A DNA stretch of 64,000 bases, taken from contig CAVXXK010000003.1 of assembly GCA_963765675.1 (NCBI GenBank), positions 32,001 to 96,000 on the forward strand, given 5' to 3'. Made by a program: the position numbers and the translations under genes. Numbering within the stretch: position 1 is the stretch's first letter; the number at the start of each line of letters is the position of its first letter. The stretch comes from an uncultured delta proteobacterium (GTDB taxonomy: Bacteria > Desulfobacterota > Binatia > Binatales > Binataceae). Of the stretch, positions 21,513 through 31,011 are shown piece after piece. Below the pieces are notes generated by a model. It was not told the DNA's origin. It searched no databases and saw only the letters and a list, made by a program, of their open reading frames with translations.

Positions 21513-21959
21513 CTACTTAGCTTGCGCCGGCTTGTACTTGGAAGGGCAACTCGTGAGCACTTGCGTTGCCGTGATATGTCCGGCCGAGTCGAGCTTGCCT
21601 TCGACGATCACGTCGCGGTTGTCGGCGAACATGTCAGGTTTAGGTTCGCCCGCACAGGTCACCGTGTATGAAACGGGATCGGCAGTCGAGACTGGTTTCA
21701 CCGCTGGATCGGCGTTCGGATCCGGAATCGCCACGATTCCAAAATTGAGCGTGAGCGTCGCCGGATCCCACGCGGTCGTGCCCGGCTTGACGCGTCCTGC
21801 CACCCGCAGCGGCTGCCCAATCAGTTCGGCCTGGCGCGCGCCGACTTCATTGACGGTCAGATAATATTCGGAGGTGCTCCGGATCGCGGTGGTGATCAGA
21901 TAGACGATCGCGCCCACGACGAGCGCCGTGCCAATAACAAATCGCAGCCGAAAACGCAT
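21513..21959 (-). CDS. ccmE: Heme chaperone CcmE, CxxxY variant
   Basis: TM, YYLTV, LRVAGRV, PDMF, VIVEG, and CPSKY in place of HxxxY. Confidence 0.9.
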   Translation of the reverse strand: MRFRLRFVIGTALVVGAIVYLITTAIRSTSEYYLTVNEVGARQAELIGQPLRVAGRVKPGTTAWDPATLTLNFGIVAIPDPNADPAVKPVSTADPVSYTVTCAGEPKPDMFADNRDVIVEGKLDSAGHITATQVLTSCPSKYKPAQAK

Positions 21960-22245
21960 CGCCCGATATTATCCGCGCCTGAGCACCAAGCGATCAACCC
22001 ACGCGCGCTTCGATCGTGATTAGCTGACGATCTTCCGTATCTTTCCGGTTCCGTTATTGCTGGTTGTACGCAAGTGCTGCCTCTAAGGTCCCCGAACATC
22101 GTCACTCCACCCCTTCTAAACCTGCCAATGTAGAGGAGACTGTCGTTAAACGACGGCTCTTATCCGCATCCTGAACGGAGGCTCAGGATGACAACAACGA
22201 AAGACTTGCCAGAAAATCGAGGTCTCGGAATTAGACGGCGGCGCC

Positions 22246-23076
22246 CTACTCTTCTTCCGACGACGCGCCGTGTGAGGCGCGGGCGCCGAAGGCTACACCG
22301 CGTTTGCTCTTGCGGATGAACTCGATCATCTCGGTTACCTCGGGCGCGGGCGGACCGGCGGCGAGCAGGCGGTCGATCGCGAGTGACAGGTTCTGCCGCG
22401 TTCCGAACAGCGCTATGAATGCGCGGCGGAGCGCGGTGATCGCGGCGGCGCTGAAACCCGCGCGCTTGAGCCCGATCACGTTTATCGCGCGCAGCGTATG
22501 CACTCCGTCCACGATGCAGAACGGCGGGATGTCGCGGCTCATGCGCGAGCCTCCGCGCGTCAGCGCGAGCCGCCCAATCCTGGTGTACTGATGCACTACG
22601 CAGTTGCCCGAGACCAGCGCGCGATCGCCGACCTGCACCCATCCTGCCAGCAGCGCCCCGCCCGCGATAATCGTATGGTCGCCGATCACGCAATCGTGCC
22701 CGATATGCGCGTTGTGCATCACGAAGTTGTCGCTGCCGATCGTCGTGACGAGGCCTTTCTCGCATCCGCGATGCACCGTCGCGCCCTCGCGGAAAATATT
22801 CCGGTCGCCGATTCTGACCTGCCGCGGCGCTCCACTATACGAAAGATCCTGCGGGTCGTCGCCGATTACGACGGTTGGATGCATCACGTTGTCGGCTCCC
22901 ATTTCCGTATCGCCGAAAATCGCAACGTGGCTGATTAGCCGCGTGCGCGCACCGAGCTTGACCTGCCCCTCGAGCATGCAGAATGGTCCGATCTCGACGC
23001 CCGGACCAAGCTCGGCAGCAGGATCGACGACCGCCGACGGATGAATCTTCGGCGCGGCGGATTTTTTTGGCGGCAT
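22246..23076 (-). CDS. lpxA: UDP-N-acetylglucosamine O-acyltransferase
   Basis: Hexapeptide repeats; IHPSAVV, PQDLSY, AHIGHDC, VHQY and NVIGLKRAGF motifs. Confidence 0.88.
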   Translation of the reverse strand: MPPKKSAAPKIHPSAVVDPAAELGPGVEIGPFCMLEGQVKLGARTRLISHVAIFGDTEMGADNVMHPTVVIGDDPQDLSYSGAPRQVRIGDRNIFREGATVHRGCEKGLVTTIGSDNFVMHNAHIGHDCVIGDHTIIAGGALLAGWVQVGDRALVSGNCVVHQYTRIGRLALTRGGSRMSRDIPPFCIVDGVHTLRAINVIGLKRAGFSAAAITALRRAFIALFGTRQNLSLAIDRLLAAGPPAPEVTEMIEFIRKSKRGVAFGARASHGASSEEE

Positions 23077-23082
23077 CGCGGG

Positions 23083-23289
23083 TCAGTTGAGTTCGGGCTT
23101 CTTCGCAGAGGGGTCTTTGCGGCGATCGTCGGGATGTTCGGAATCGTCTTCGGCTTTGCCGCCGGCAACGCGATACTCCTCGGCTGCCCAGGTGCCGAGA
23201 TCGACCATCCTGCACCGCTCGGAGCAGAAGGGACGGAACTGGTTGCGCGGCGTGGCGTCAACCGGTCTCTTGCAAGTCGGGCATCGCAT
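23083..23289 (-). CDS. yacG: DNA gyrase inhibitor YacG
   Basis: CPTC...RPFCSERCRMVDLGTWAAEEY. Confidence 0.92.
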   Translation of the reverse strand: MRCPTCKRPVDATPRNQFRPFCSERCRMVDLGTWAAEEYRVAGGKAEDDSEHPDDRRKDPSAKKPELN

Positions 23290-23383
23290 GAGAGGCTCGC
23301 TCAATTCGAGAATTGCCAGATCGAGCGCGGATGCGCAATCCGCCGCCGATGGGTATGCTGAGCACAAGAATTTAAGAGAATAG

Positions 23384-24451
23384 ATGATGATTACCACTCC
23401 GGTTCCGATTGTCGATCTGCGCGGGACTCCGAAAGAGCGCGGGCGCGCGCACGGCGAGGCGTTGCGCGCGCAGATCGCGACGGTGCGCGCGCAATGGCGC
23501 GAGAGTATCGCCGCGCGCTTTCGCGTCGATCCCGATTCCTTCATCGAGACCTTTCTCGCCGAGACGCGCTTTATCGATGCGATGCGGCGATGGACGCCTG
23601 CGCTGATCGATGAAATCGAAGGAATCGCGGAAGGAAGCACACGGCCGCTGAAGGAAACCCTCGCGTTCCAATGCATGGATGAGGAATGGTGGTTCGGCGC
23701 GACGCGCTTCGGTCCGAAGGCGGGCGCGGCTACAGGATGCAGCGTCATCGCGAGCGCCGCGACGCGGCGGGAGGCTGCCAATCCTCGCGCAGAACATGGA
23801 CCTGCACGGCTACCTCGACGGCGGCCAGGCCGTCATCCGGATTAGCGGCGGAGACGAGCCCGACGCTACCATCCTGACGATCTGCGGAATGCTCGCACTG
23901 TGCGGCGCGAATGATCTGGGCGTCGGCGTCGCGGTGAACACGCTATGGCAATTGCCGAGCGCTGCCGACGGACTTCCGGTCGCGTGCGTGGTGCGATCTC
24001 TTCTCGCCCAGCGCAGTCTCAGTGACGCGGCGCGATGGATTGAATCGCGCATCACGCGAGCGGCCAGCATTACATGATCGGAGATCCCGGCGGCTTCGCG
24101 AGTTTTGAAGCGTCGGGGAGCTCGGTGATGCCGGTGCCGTTGACGCCATCCGCATACGTGCACACCAATCATCCGCTGGCTGGCGACACACTGCCGAACC
24201 CGGCTGAGGAAAATTCGCGCGGCCGCTACGAAACGCTATGCCATCTGGTCGCCGGCAAGGCTCTAAGCGTGGCGGAGGTCGAAGCGGCGCTGGCCGACCG
24301 CGGCGGACCGCATCCGATTTCCGTGTGCCGAGATCCGAACAAGCCCGGCCGTACGATGACGTTCGCGTCGATCGTGATGGAGCTTGGCCGTCCGCCGAAA
24401 ATCCGGATTGCCGGCGGACCGCCATGCTCGAACGCTTATCGGGCTTTATAA
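23384..24451 (+). pseudogene. Peptidase C45 / acyl-CoA:6-APA acyltransferase-like Ntn hydrolase, split over three ORFs by two frameshifts
   Basis: GTPKERGRAHG and GCS, then AQNMD and G-N--G, then HTNH. Shifts near 23765 and 24055. Confidence 0.75.
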
Positions 24452-24452
24452 A

Positions 24453-24719
24453 TTATCTCTCAGGAAAAGCCTGGAGCAGGACTCCGCTCTTGGTGATCTT
24501 GAGGCACTCCACTTCGTCGCGCGAGAAGTCAGGATCGCACAGCGGGCGGTCGATGCCGGGGCATCGGTAGAGACTGGGCTCCAGCACTTCGCACTTCGAC
24601 AAATCAAAATTTGCGGCGGCGTACTTCTGCGCCGGCGTCTCGCTCGACGGTGTGACGGAGGAGCATCCGGTTGCGGCCAGAATCGCAAACGCCAATCCCG
24701 CACATGCGGCGATGCGCAT
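24453..24719 (-). CDS. Small Cys-rich lipoprotein
   Basis: MRIAACAGLAFAILAATGC lipobox-like signal; four further Cys. Confidence 0.6.
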   Translation of the reverse strand: MRIAACAGLAFAILAATGCSSVTPSSETPAQKYAAANFDLSKCEVLEPSLYRCPGIDRPLCDPDFSRDEVECLKITKSGVLLQAFPER

Positions 24720-24724
24720 CGTTT

Positions 24725-25378
24725 TCAAAATACCACCGTGCCGCTGCAACGGTCGGAGCCTCCGCCGGCGCGGAAGGTCGCACTGTGTTGATCGAAAAAC
24801 AGCCGCCCGAAATAGCAGAACTCTTCGTTCTGAGCAGGTCCCTTGTAGACAATCCGAACGTGCACCTGCATCTTCGATTTTCCCGACATTACCGACTCGT
24901 ACAGGTCCGGAGAAAGATAATCGTAGAAGTAATGCTCGACGCCGGGTGAAAGGACTCCAGGAGCCATCGTGGTCATGTCGCCGCCGCTGCTCTTGACCAA
25001 TTTGCCGTCGATCAGGCTGTGCACGCTGACAAACGCGTCGATCGCCGGAATTCTGCCGAAGTTTTTGAATGCGACCGAGACCCGCGGATTCGGCGACGCA
25101 GTCTCCTCGAAGTTCACCGATTCGACTCCCATAAATGGACGATCCGAGACCGCGAACACCATTCGCGTCACCTGCGCGGTGCGCCAAGTCGCGTAGGCGC
25201 TAAACCCGGTGGCAAACACCATCAGGATTGCCATGAAATCGGCCAGCCTGATCGCCCGCCCTACCCGGATCAATTGCGAACGCTCGCTGCGCTCGAGCTT
25301 GCGTTCGCGTTCGAGTTCGCGCTCTAACTCCGCGCGCTTGGCCGACTCCGTTCCCGAACCCGTTTCGTGCTCCCCCAT
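24725..25378 (-). CDS. Hypothetical single-pass membrane protein
   Basis: GGAGGG RBS, charged N-terminus, one TM, beta-rich domain. Confidence 0.6.
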   Translation of the reverse strand: MGEHETGSGTESAKRAELERELERERKLERSERSQLIRVGRAIRLADFMAILMVFATGFSAYATWRTAQVTRMVFAVSDRPFMGVESVNFEETASPNPRVSVAFKNFGRIPAIDAFVSVHSLIDGKLVKSSGGDMTTMAPGVLSPGVEHYFYDYLSPDLYESVMSGKSKMQVHVRIVYKGPAQNEEFCYFGRLFFDQHSATFRAGGGSDRCSGTVVF

Positions 25379-25425
25379 CGCGCCCTCCCCGCTCTTGCCC
25401 CACTCCCTCTCCGCAAGGTTTTACC

Positions 25426-27642
25426 CTAAGGCGCGGCAAACCACAGCACCGACAGCGGAGGCAGTTCGATCGAGATCGAAAATGGGAACTGATGCCACGG
25501 ATGCGCCTGCGCCTCGACGCCGCCAAGATTGCCGACGTTGCCGCCGCCATAGATCGCGGCGTCGGTGTTGAGGATCTCGCGATACCATCCTGGCGCGGGC
25601 ACACCCACGCGGAAGCGCGAGCGATGCACCGGCGAGAAATTGCATGCGCACACGACTTTTGCGCCGGTCTTCGGCGCGATCCGGATGAAGGAGATCACGT
25701 TGTCGGCCGCATTGTCGGCATCGATCCAGTGAAAACCCGCCGGCTCGCAATCGGCCTCCCACAACGCAGGATTCTCGCGATACACGCGGTTGAGATCGCG
25801 CACCAACGCGCGGAGCCCGCGATGCGGCGCGTACTCGAGCAGATGCCATTCCAGGCTCGAATCGTGATCCCATTCCGACCATTGCCCGAACTCATTGCCC
25901 ATGAATAGATGCTTCTTGCCCGGCCGCGCCCACATGTATCCGTAGAGCGCGCGCAGATTCGCGAAGCGCTCGGGCGCCCGCCCCGGCATCTTGTCGAGCA
26001 TCGAGCGTTTGCCGTGAACCACCTCGTCGTGCGACAGCGGCAGCACGAAGTTTTCACTCCATGCGTAGAGCATCCCGAAACTCAAATTGCGATGGTGCCA
26101 TTTGCGGTAGATCGGATCGAGCGAGAAGTACGCGAGCGTGTCGTGCATCCATCCCATGTCCCACTTGAACCCGAATCCGAGTCCTCCCATGAAGACCGGC
26201 CGGCTGACTCCGCCCCACGCGGTTGATTCTTCCGCGATCATCATGATTCCCGGATTGAGCGCGTAAGTTTGTTCATTGAGCGCGCGCAGAAACGCGATCG
26301 CGTCCAGATTCTCGCGGCCGCCGTGCACGTTCGGAATCCAGTCGCCCTCGCGCCGCCCGTAGTCGAGGTAGATCATCGAGGCGACCGCATCGACGCGCAA
26401 TCCGTCGGCGTGAAACTCGCCCAGCCAATAGAGCGCGCTCGAAATCAGGAAGCTCTTCACCTCGTTGCGCCCGTAGTTGAAAATATACGTGCCCCAGTCC
26501 GGATGATTCCCCAGGCGGGGATCCTGATGCTCGTACAGCGCAGTGCCGTCAAAGCGGCCGAGGCTGAATTCATCCTTCGGAAAGTGCGCCGGCACCCAAT
26601 CGAGGATCACTCCGATCCCGCGCCGATGCATCTCATCGATCAGGTAGCGCAGGTCGTCGGGCGAGCCGAAACGCGCCGTCGGCGCGAAATATCCGCTGAC
26701 CTGGTAACCCCACGATCCGGTGAACGGATGCTCCATCACCGGCATCAGCTCGACGTGCGTGAAGCCCATCTCCTGAACGTAGTCGCCAAGCTGCTGCGCC
26801 AGCTCGCGGTAGCTGAGCCATCGATTGCCGTCTTCCGGCACGCGGCGCCACGAACCCAGATGCACCTCGTAGACGGACACCGGAGATTTGCTGGCGTCGG
26901 CCCGCGCTCGCGATTCGAGCCATTGTGCGTCGCGAAACTTGTAGCTCGATTGATAGACGATCGACGCGGTCTCCGGCGGCAACTCCATTCGCAACGCGTA
27001 GGGGTCGCTCTTCAGGAGCAGCGATCCGTCGCGGGTGCGGATTTCATACTTGTAGATCGCACCCGGCTCGAGTCCCGGAATGAATATCTCCCAGATTCCC
27101 GAGCTGCCGAGCACGCGCATCATGTGCACGCGCCCGTCCCAGCGGTTGAAGCTGCCGACTACGCTCACGCTGCGCGCGGTCGGCGCCCATACCGCGAAAC
27201 TCACTCCCGCGATTCCGCCCCACTCGATCGCATGCGCGCCCAGCTTCTCCCACGCGCGATGATGCTTCTGCTCGCCCCACAAATACATGTCGAGCTCGCC
27301 GAGCGTCGGCAGGAACGAGTACGGATCGCGCCCGGTGATGACGCTGCCGTCGGGATAGTGAACCTCGAGCCGATAGGGAAAGACCTCGGTGCGGTCCTTC
27401 ACGATCGCCTCGAACATTCCGGTCCCATCGCGCTCGAGCATCTCGTATCGCGCCGAGCCGTCCATCAACAGGAACATTTTCGATGCGCCCGGACGAAACG
27501 CGCGCACGATCACGTGGTCGCTCGCAGGATGCGCGCCGAGAATCGAATGCGGATCCGGATGCTCCAGCGCGAGCAGCCGCTCCAAATCGGTCCGCGGCGC
27601 GGCCGCCGCCTTGGGTTTGATCTCGAGTTTCGGGATGCTCAT
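25426..27642 (-). CDS. glgB: 1,4-alpha-glucan branching enzyme
   Basis: FAVWAP, YEVHLGSW, SWGYQ, GLRVDAVASM, AEEST and PLSHDEVVHGK motifs. Confidence 0.97.
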   Translation of the reverse strand: MSIPKLEIKPKAAAAPRTDLERLLALEHPDPHSILGAHPASDHVIVRAFRPGASKMFLLMDGSARYEMLERDGTGMFEAIVKDRTEVFPYRLEVHYPDGSVITGRDPYSFLPTLGELDMYLWGEQKHHRAWEKLGAHAIEWGGIAGVSFAVWAPTARSVSVVGSFNRWDGRVHMMRVLGSSGIWEIFIPGLEPGAIYKYEIRTRDGSLLLKSDPYALRMELPPETASIVYQSSYKFRDAQWLESRARADASKSPVSVYEVHLGSWRRVPEDGNRWLSYRELAQQLGDYVQEMGFTHVELMPVMEHPFTGSWGYQVSGYFAPTARFGSPDDLRYLIDEMHRRGIGVILDWVPAHFPKDEFSLGRFDGTALYEHQDPRLGNHPDWGTYIFNYGRNEVKSFLISSALYWLGEFHADGLRVDAVASMIYLDYGRREGDWIPNVHGGRENLDAIAFLRALNEQTYALNPGIMMIAEESTAWGGVSRPVFMGGLGFGFKWDMGWMHDTLAYFSLDPIYRKWHHRNLSFGMLYAWSENFVLPLSHDEVVHGKRSMLDKMPGRAPERFANLRALYGYMWARPGKKHLFMGNEFGQWSEWDHDSSLEWHLLEYAPHRGLRALVRDLNRVYRENPALWEADCEPAGFHWIDADNAADNVISFIRIAPKTGAKVVCACNFSPVHRSRFRVGVPAPGWYREILNTDAAIYGGGNVGNLGGVEAQAHPWHQFPFSISIELPPLSVLWFAAP

Positions 27643-27824
27643 CTGTGCAAAGTCCAGCCTTGATTCTAGATGATGCCGCGCACCTTTGCTTCCCTCTTTC
27701 GTGTCATTCCCGCGCGCGGCCAACGCAAGCAGATCTTCATCTGCTTTCCACGGGCAATTCCATTACCCATCACCTGCGTCCGCAAGCTATTTTGATTGAA
27801 GGAATCACCGGGAGAACCGCTACC

Positions 27825-29085
27825 ATGTCGTCATCGCCAAACGAACCCTCGGCGCCGCGCCGCGACGCCGTCAACCGTCTCGATCCGCTGATGGGCCAAC
27901 TCGAGGTGCTCGAGCCCGGCCTTGCGATGTTCCACGGCTTCGCCAACGTCGCCTTCGCATACGGACGCGGCGAGATGCTCGCGGCTGACACCAGCTCGCG
28001 CGCGATGGGCGCGCTCGCGATCGCGGCGATCCGCAAAGTCACCGACGAACCGGTCACGGTGATCGTCTATACCCATGGCCATGGCGATCACGCCTTCGGC
28101 ACCGAGGCATTCATCACCGACGCACTAAATCGTGGCTATCAGCGGCCAAAAATCTGGGCGCATGAGGATTTGCGCGGCCGCTTCGAGCGCTACGTCCGGA
28201 CCGCCGGATGGCAAGGGCACATCAACCGGCTGCAATTCGGCGTGACCTCGCAGGCAGTCGCGGGAATCTTCAACGAAAAATCCTATCATTACCCGGACCT
28301 GACGTTCCGCGGGATGCAGTTGCTCGAGCTCGCCGGAGAGGCAGTCGAGCTGCATCACGCGCTCGGCGAGACCGACGATGCGACGTGGGTCTGGCTGCCG
28401 CTGCGGCGCGCCGCGCTGGTCGGCGATCTGATCGTGTCCTCGCTGCCAAACACCGGCAATCCCAACAAGGTACAGCGCTACACGCTCGAATGGGCCGAAG
28501 CGCTCGAGAAGATCGCTGCGCGCAAACCTCGCTACGTGCTGCCTGGCCATGGCCCAGCGTATCGCGGCGAAGACGTGTGCGAGGAGCTTTTGCTCGAAAC
28601 CGCGCGCGCCCTGCGCTTCATCCACGACGACGTGGTCGCTCGCCTCAACGCCGGGCAATGGCCGATCGACATAATCGAAGCCGGGATCGAGCTTCCGCCC
28701 GATCTCGCCGACAAGCGCTTCCTCGCCCCCGTCTATGGATGCACCGCATTCGTCGTGCGCGACGTAATCCGCCGCTACGCCGGATGGTGGTCCGGGGAGC
28801 CCTCGCAGATGTTCCCCGCGACGCGCAAGGACCGCGCGGACGATATCCTAGCGCTATGCGGCCGCGACGCCATCCTCGATCGAGCACGCACGCTTCGCAC
28901 CGAGGGCCACCTCCAGCGCGCTCTCGCACTGGCCGAACAAGTCGTCAACGCGAGGGCCCGATGACAAAGAGGCGATCGCAATGAACGCCGAAATTCTCGA
29001 AGCCCTGTCCGCCGCAGAGCGCTCCTTCATAGCCCGCAACTTCTACACCGGCGCCGCCCGCGCGTTACGCGAGCGCCTGGCCTGA
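27825..29085 (+). CDS. Alkyl-sulfatase-like MBL-fold hydrolase (C-terminal frameshift near 28955)
   Basis: THGHGDH, GETDD, PNTGNP and PGHG motifs. The tail PDDKEA...SFIARNFY continues in another frame to TGA at 29085. Confidence 0.8.
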
Positions 29086-29093
29086 TGCCTGAT

Positions 29094-29120
29094 TCCTCCG
29101 CCGATAATCACGGGGGAGGA
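29094..29120. repeat. CCTCC...GGGGAGG hairpin (left flank of DUF559 gene)
   Basis: TCCTCCGCCG-ATAATCA-CGGGGGAGGA. Confidence 0.65.
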
Positions 29121-29140
29121 TTACAAGGAGGGGGTGCAGC

Positions 29141-29495
29141 ATGCGCACTAGATACAAGCGCGGACTCCTCGACGGCATCGTCCGAGACCGCGCCCGCGAT
29201 CTTCGCGGCAACTAAACCACCGCAGAGAAACAACTATGGTCCCGCCTACGCCGCAAAAGCCTCGACGGCATCCGTTTCCGCCGCCAGCATCCGCTCTTCG
29301 GCTTCATCGTGGATTTCTGCTGTATCGAACATCGCCTCGTGATCGAACTAGACGGCGATTCGCACGCCGGCAAATCCGGATATGACGCTAAAGCTCAGAG
29401 AGCGCGGATATCGCGTAATCCGCTTTCTCAACGATCAGATCAAAGAGGACTTAGACGCCGTGGTCGAAGGAATTTGGGACGAGCTCAAGCGATAA
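29141..29495 (+). pseudogene. DUF559 (Vsr-like PD-(D/E)xK) endonuclease pseudogene
   Basis: RARDLRGN*TTAEKQLWSRLR...FRRQHP..IVDFCC...IELDGDSH, then a frameshift to GYRVIRF. Has both an in-frame TAA and an apparent deletion. Confidence 0.85.
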
Positions 29496-29507
29496 TGCAC
29501 TTCTTAT

Positions 29508-29535
29508 CCTCCCCCGTTTCAAACAACGGGGGAGG
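29508..29535. repeat. CCTCC...GGGGAGG hairpin (right flank of DUF559 gene)
   Basis: CCTCCCCCGTT-TCAAAC-AACGGGGGAGG, a perfect 11-bp stem. Confidence 0.7.
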
Positions 29536-29604
29536 CAAGAGCACGCGCGAGGTTGCGCTGAAGGCTGGCTTCCTGATTGTTTACTGACGCGCGCGGTGCG
29601 ACCC

Positions 29605-30993
29605 ATGGGCCGTATTCTTCTTCTCGACGACGAGCCTGACATGCTCGAAAATTGCCGGCGCATTCTTGCCCGCGCCGGCCACGAATGTTTTGTCTCGAGC
29701 GATCCGGCCGAAGCGGTCGCCCTTCTGGAAAGCGCGCTGCCCGATCTCGTGATCACGGACCTGCGGATGCCGTCGATCGACGGTCTAGAAATCATGCGCC
29801 GCGCGCAAGCGCTCGATCCCGGACTTCCCGTAATCATGCTCACCGCGTTTGCAACCATCGAGTCGGCCGTCGCCGCGGTCAAAGCAGGCGCGTTCGACTA
29901 CCTGGCCAAACCGTTCACGATGGATCAGCTACGGCTCGCTGCCGAGCGCGCACTGGCGCAGCGCAACCTGATGATCGAGAACCGCAATCTGCGCGCGCAG
30001 CTAAGCGGTGTCTTCGGCTTCGAAAATATCATCGGCTCCAGCTTGGCGATTCAGCGGGTGATCGATTTCGTGCGCAAGGCCGCACGCAGCGAGGCCAATA
30101 TCCTCGTGCTCGGCGAATCGGGCACCGGCAAAGAGCTGGTCGCGCGCGCGATTCACGCCAACAGTCCGCGCGCCGCGGGCGCCTTCGTGCCGGTCGATTG
30201 CGCCGCGCTGCCCGAAAACCTGCTCGAATCGGAGTTGTTCGGCCACGAACGCGGCGCGTTTACCGGCGCGGTCTCCTCCAAGCCGGGCCTGCTGGAGACC
30301 GCCGGCGGAGGCACGGTCTTCCTCGACGAAATCGGCGAGCTGCCGATTGGATTGCAGGCCAAGCTCCTGCGCGCGATCCAGGAGCGCGAGATTCGCCGCG
30401 TCGGCGGCACCCACCAGGTCCGAATCGACGTGCGGATTCTCTCGGCGACCAATCGCGATCTGCGCGCGCTGGTGGCCGCCGGCCAATTCCGCGACGATCT
30501 GTTTTACCGAATCGACGTTATCGATATCATGCTGCCGCCGCTGCGCGAGCGTAAATCCGATATCGCCCTGCTGGCTCAGCGCTTCCTGGAAAGATTTCGC
30601 GGCAGCGGTGAGACCGCGCCGCGGGGGATCGAGCCCGACGCGATCGCCGCGCTCGAGGCCTACCAATGGCCGGGCAACGTCCGCGAACTGCAGAACGTCA
30701 TCGAACGCGCCTGCGCGCTGACCGAGGGTCCGTCAATTTCCCTGCGCGACCTTCCGGAGAAGATCCGCTCGCCACAATCTGCAACGCAATCGGAGCAAGC
30801 CGACGTCGCCGGCACGAATGGCGCGGAGCTCAGTTTCAAGCAGGCCAAAGCGAAATGGGTCGAGGAGCTCGAGGCCAGGTATATACGCGAAATTCTGAAC
30901 CGCTTTCATGGCAACGTGTCGCAGGCGGCCCGCGCCGCGCAGATGGACCGCACGACTTTTCATCGGCTGCTGAACAAGCATCGCATCCGGTGA
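29605..30993 (+). CDS. Sigma54-dependent NtrC-family response regulator (REC-AAA+-HTH)
   Basis: DDE/TDLRMP receiver; GESGTGKE, GAFTGA, FLDEIGE and WPGNVREL motifs; Fis-type HTH. Confidence 0.95.
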   Translation: MGRILLLDDEPDMLENCRRILARAGHECFVSSDPAEAVALLESALPDLVITDLRMPSIDGLEIMRRAQALDPGLPVIMLTAFATIESAVAAVKAGAFDYLAKPFTMDQLRLAAERALAQRNLMIENRNLRAQLSGVFGFENIIGSSLAIQRVIDFVRKAARSEANILVLGESGTGKELVARAIHANSPRAAGAFVPVDCAALPENLLESELFGHERGAFTGAVSSKPGLLETAGGGTVFLDEIGELPIGLQAKLLRAIQEREIRRVGGTHQVRIDVRILSATNRDLRALVAAGQFRDDLFYRIDVIDIMLPPLRERKSDIALLAQRFLERFRGSGETAPRGIEPDAIAALEAYQWPGNVRELQNVIERACALTEGPSISLRDLPEKIRSPQSATQSEQADVAGTNGAELSFKQAKAKWVEELEARYIREILNRFHGNVSQAARAAQMDRTTFHRLLNKHRIR

Positions 30994-31011
30994 CGCCACC
31001 AGGGAATTCCC

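Noticed and set aside
21960-22245. Possible sRNA or riboswitch upstream of ccmE
   Set aside because: No recognisable Rfam-type motif by eye; only a degenerate REP arm. A covariance-model search would be needed.
26269-27663. 464-aa + strand ORF
   Set aside because: Antisense shadow of glgB.
29566-29581. TGGCTTCCTGATTGT upstream of the bEBP gene
   Set aside because: GT instead of the conserved GC at -12; too weak to call.
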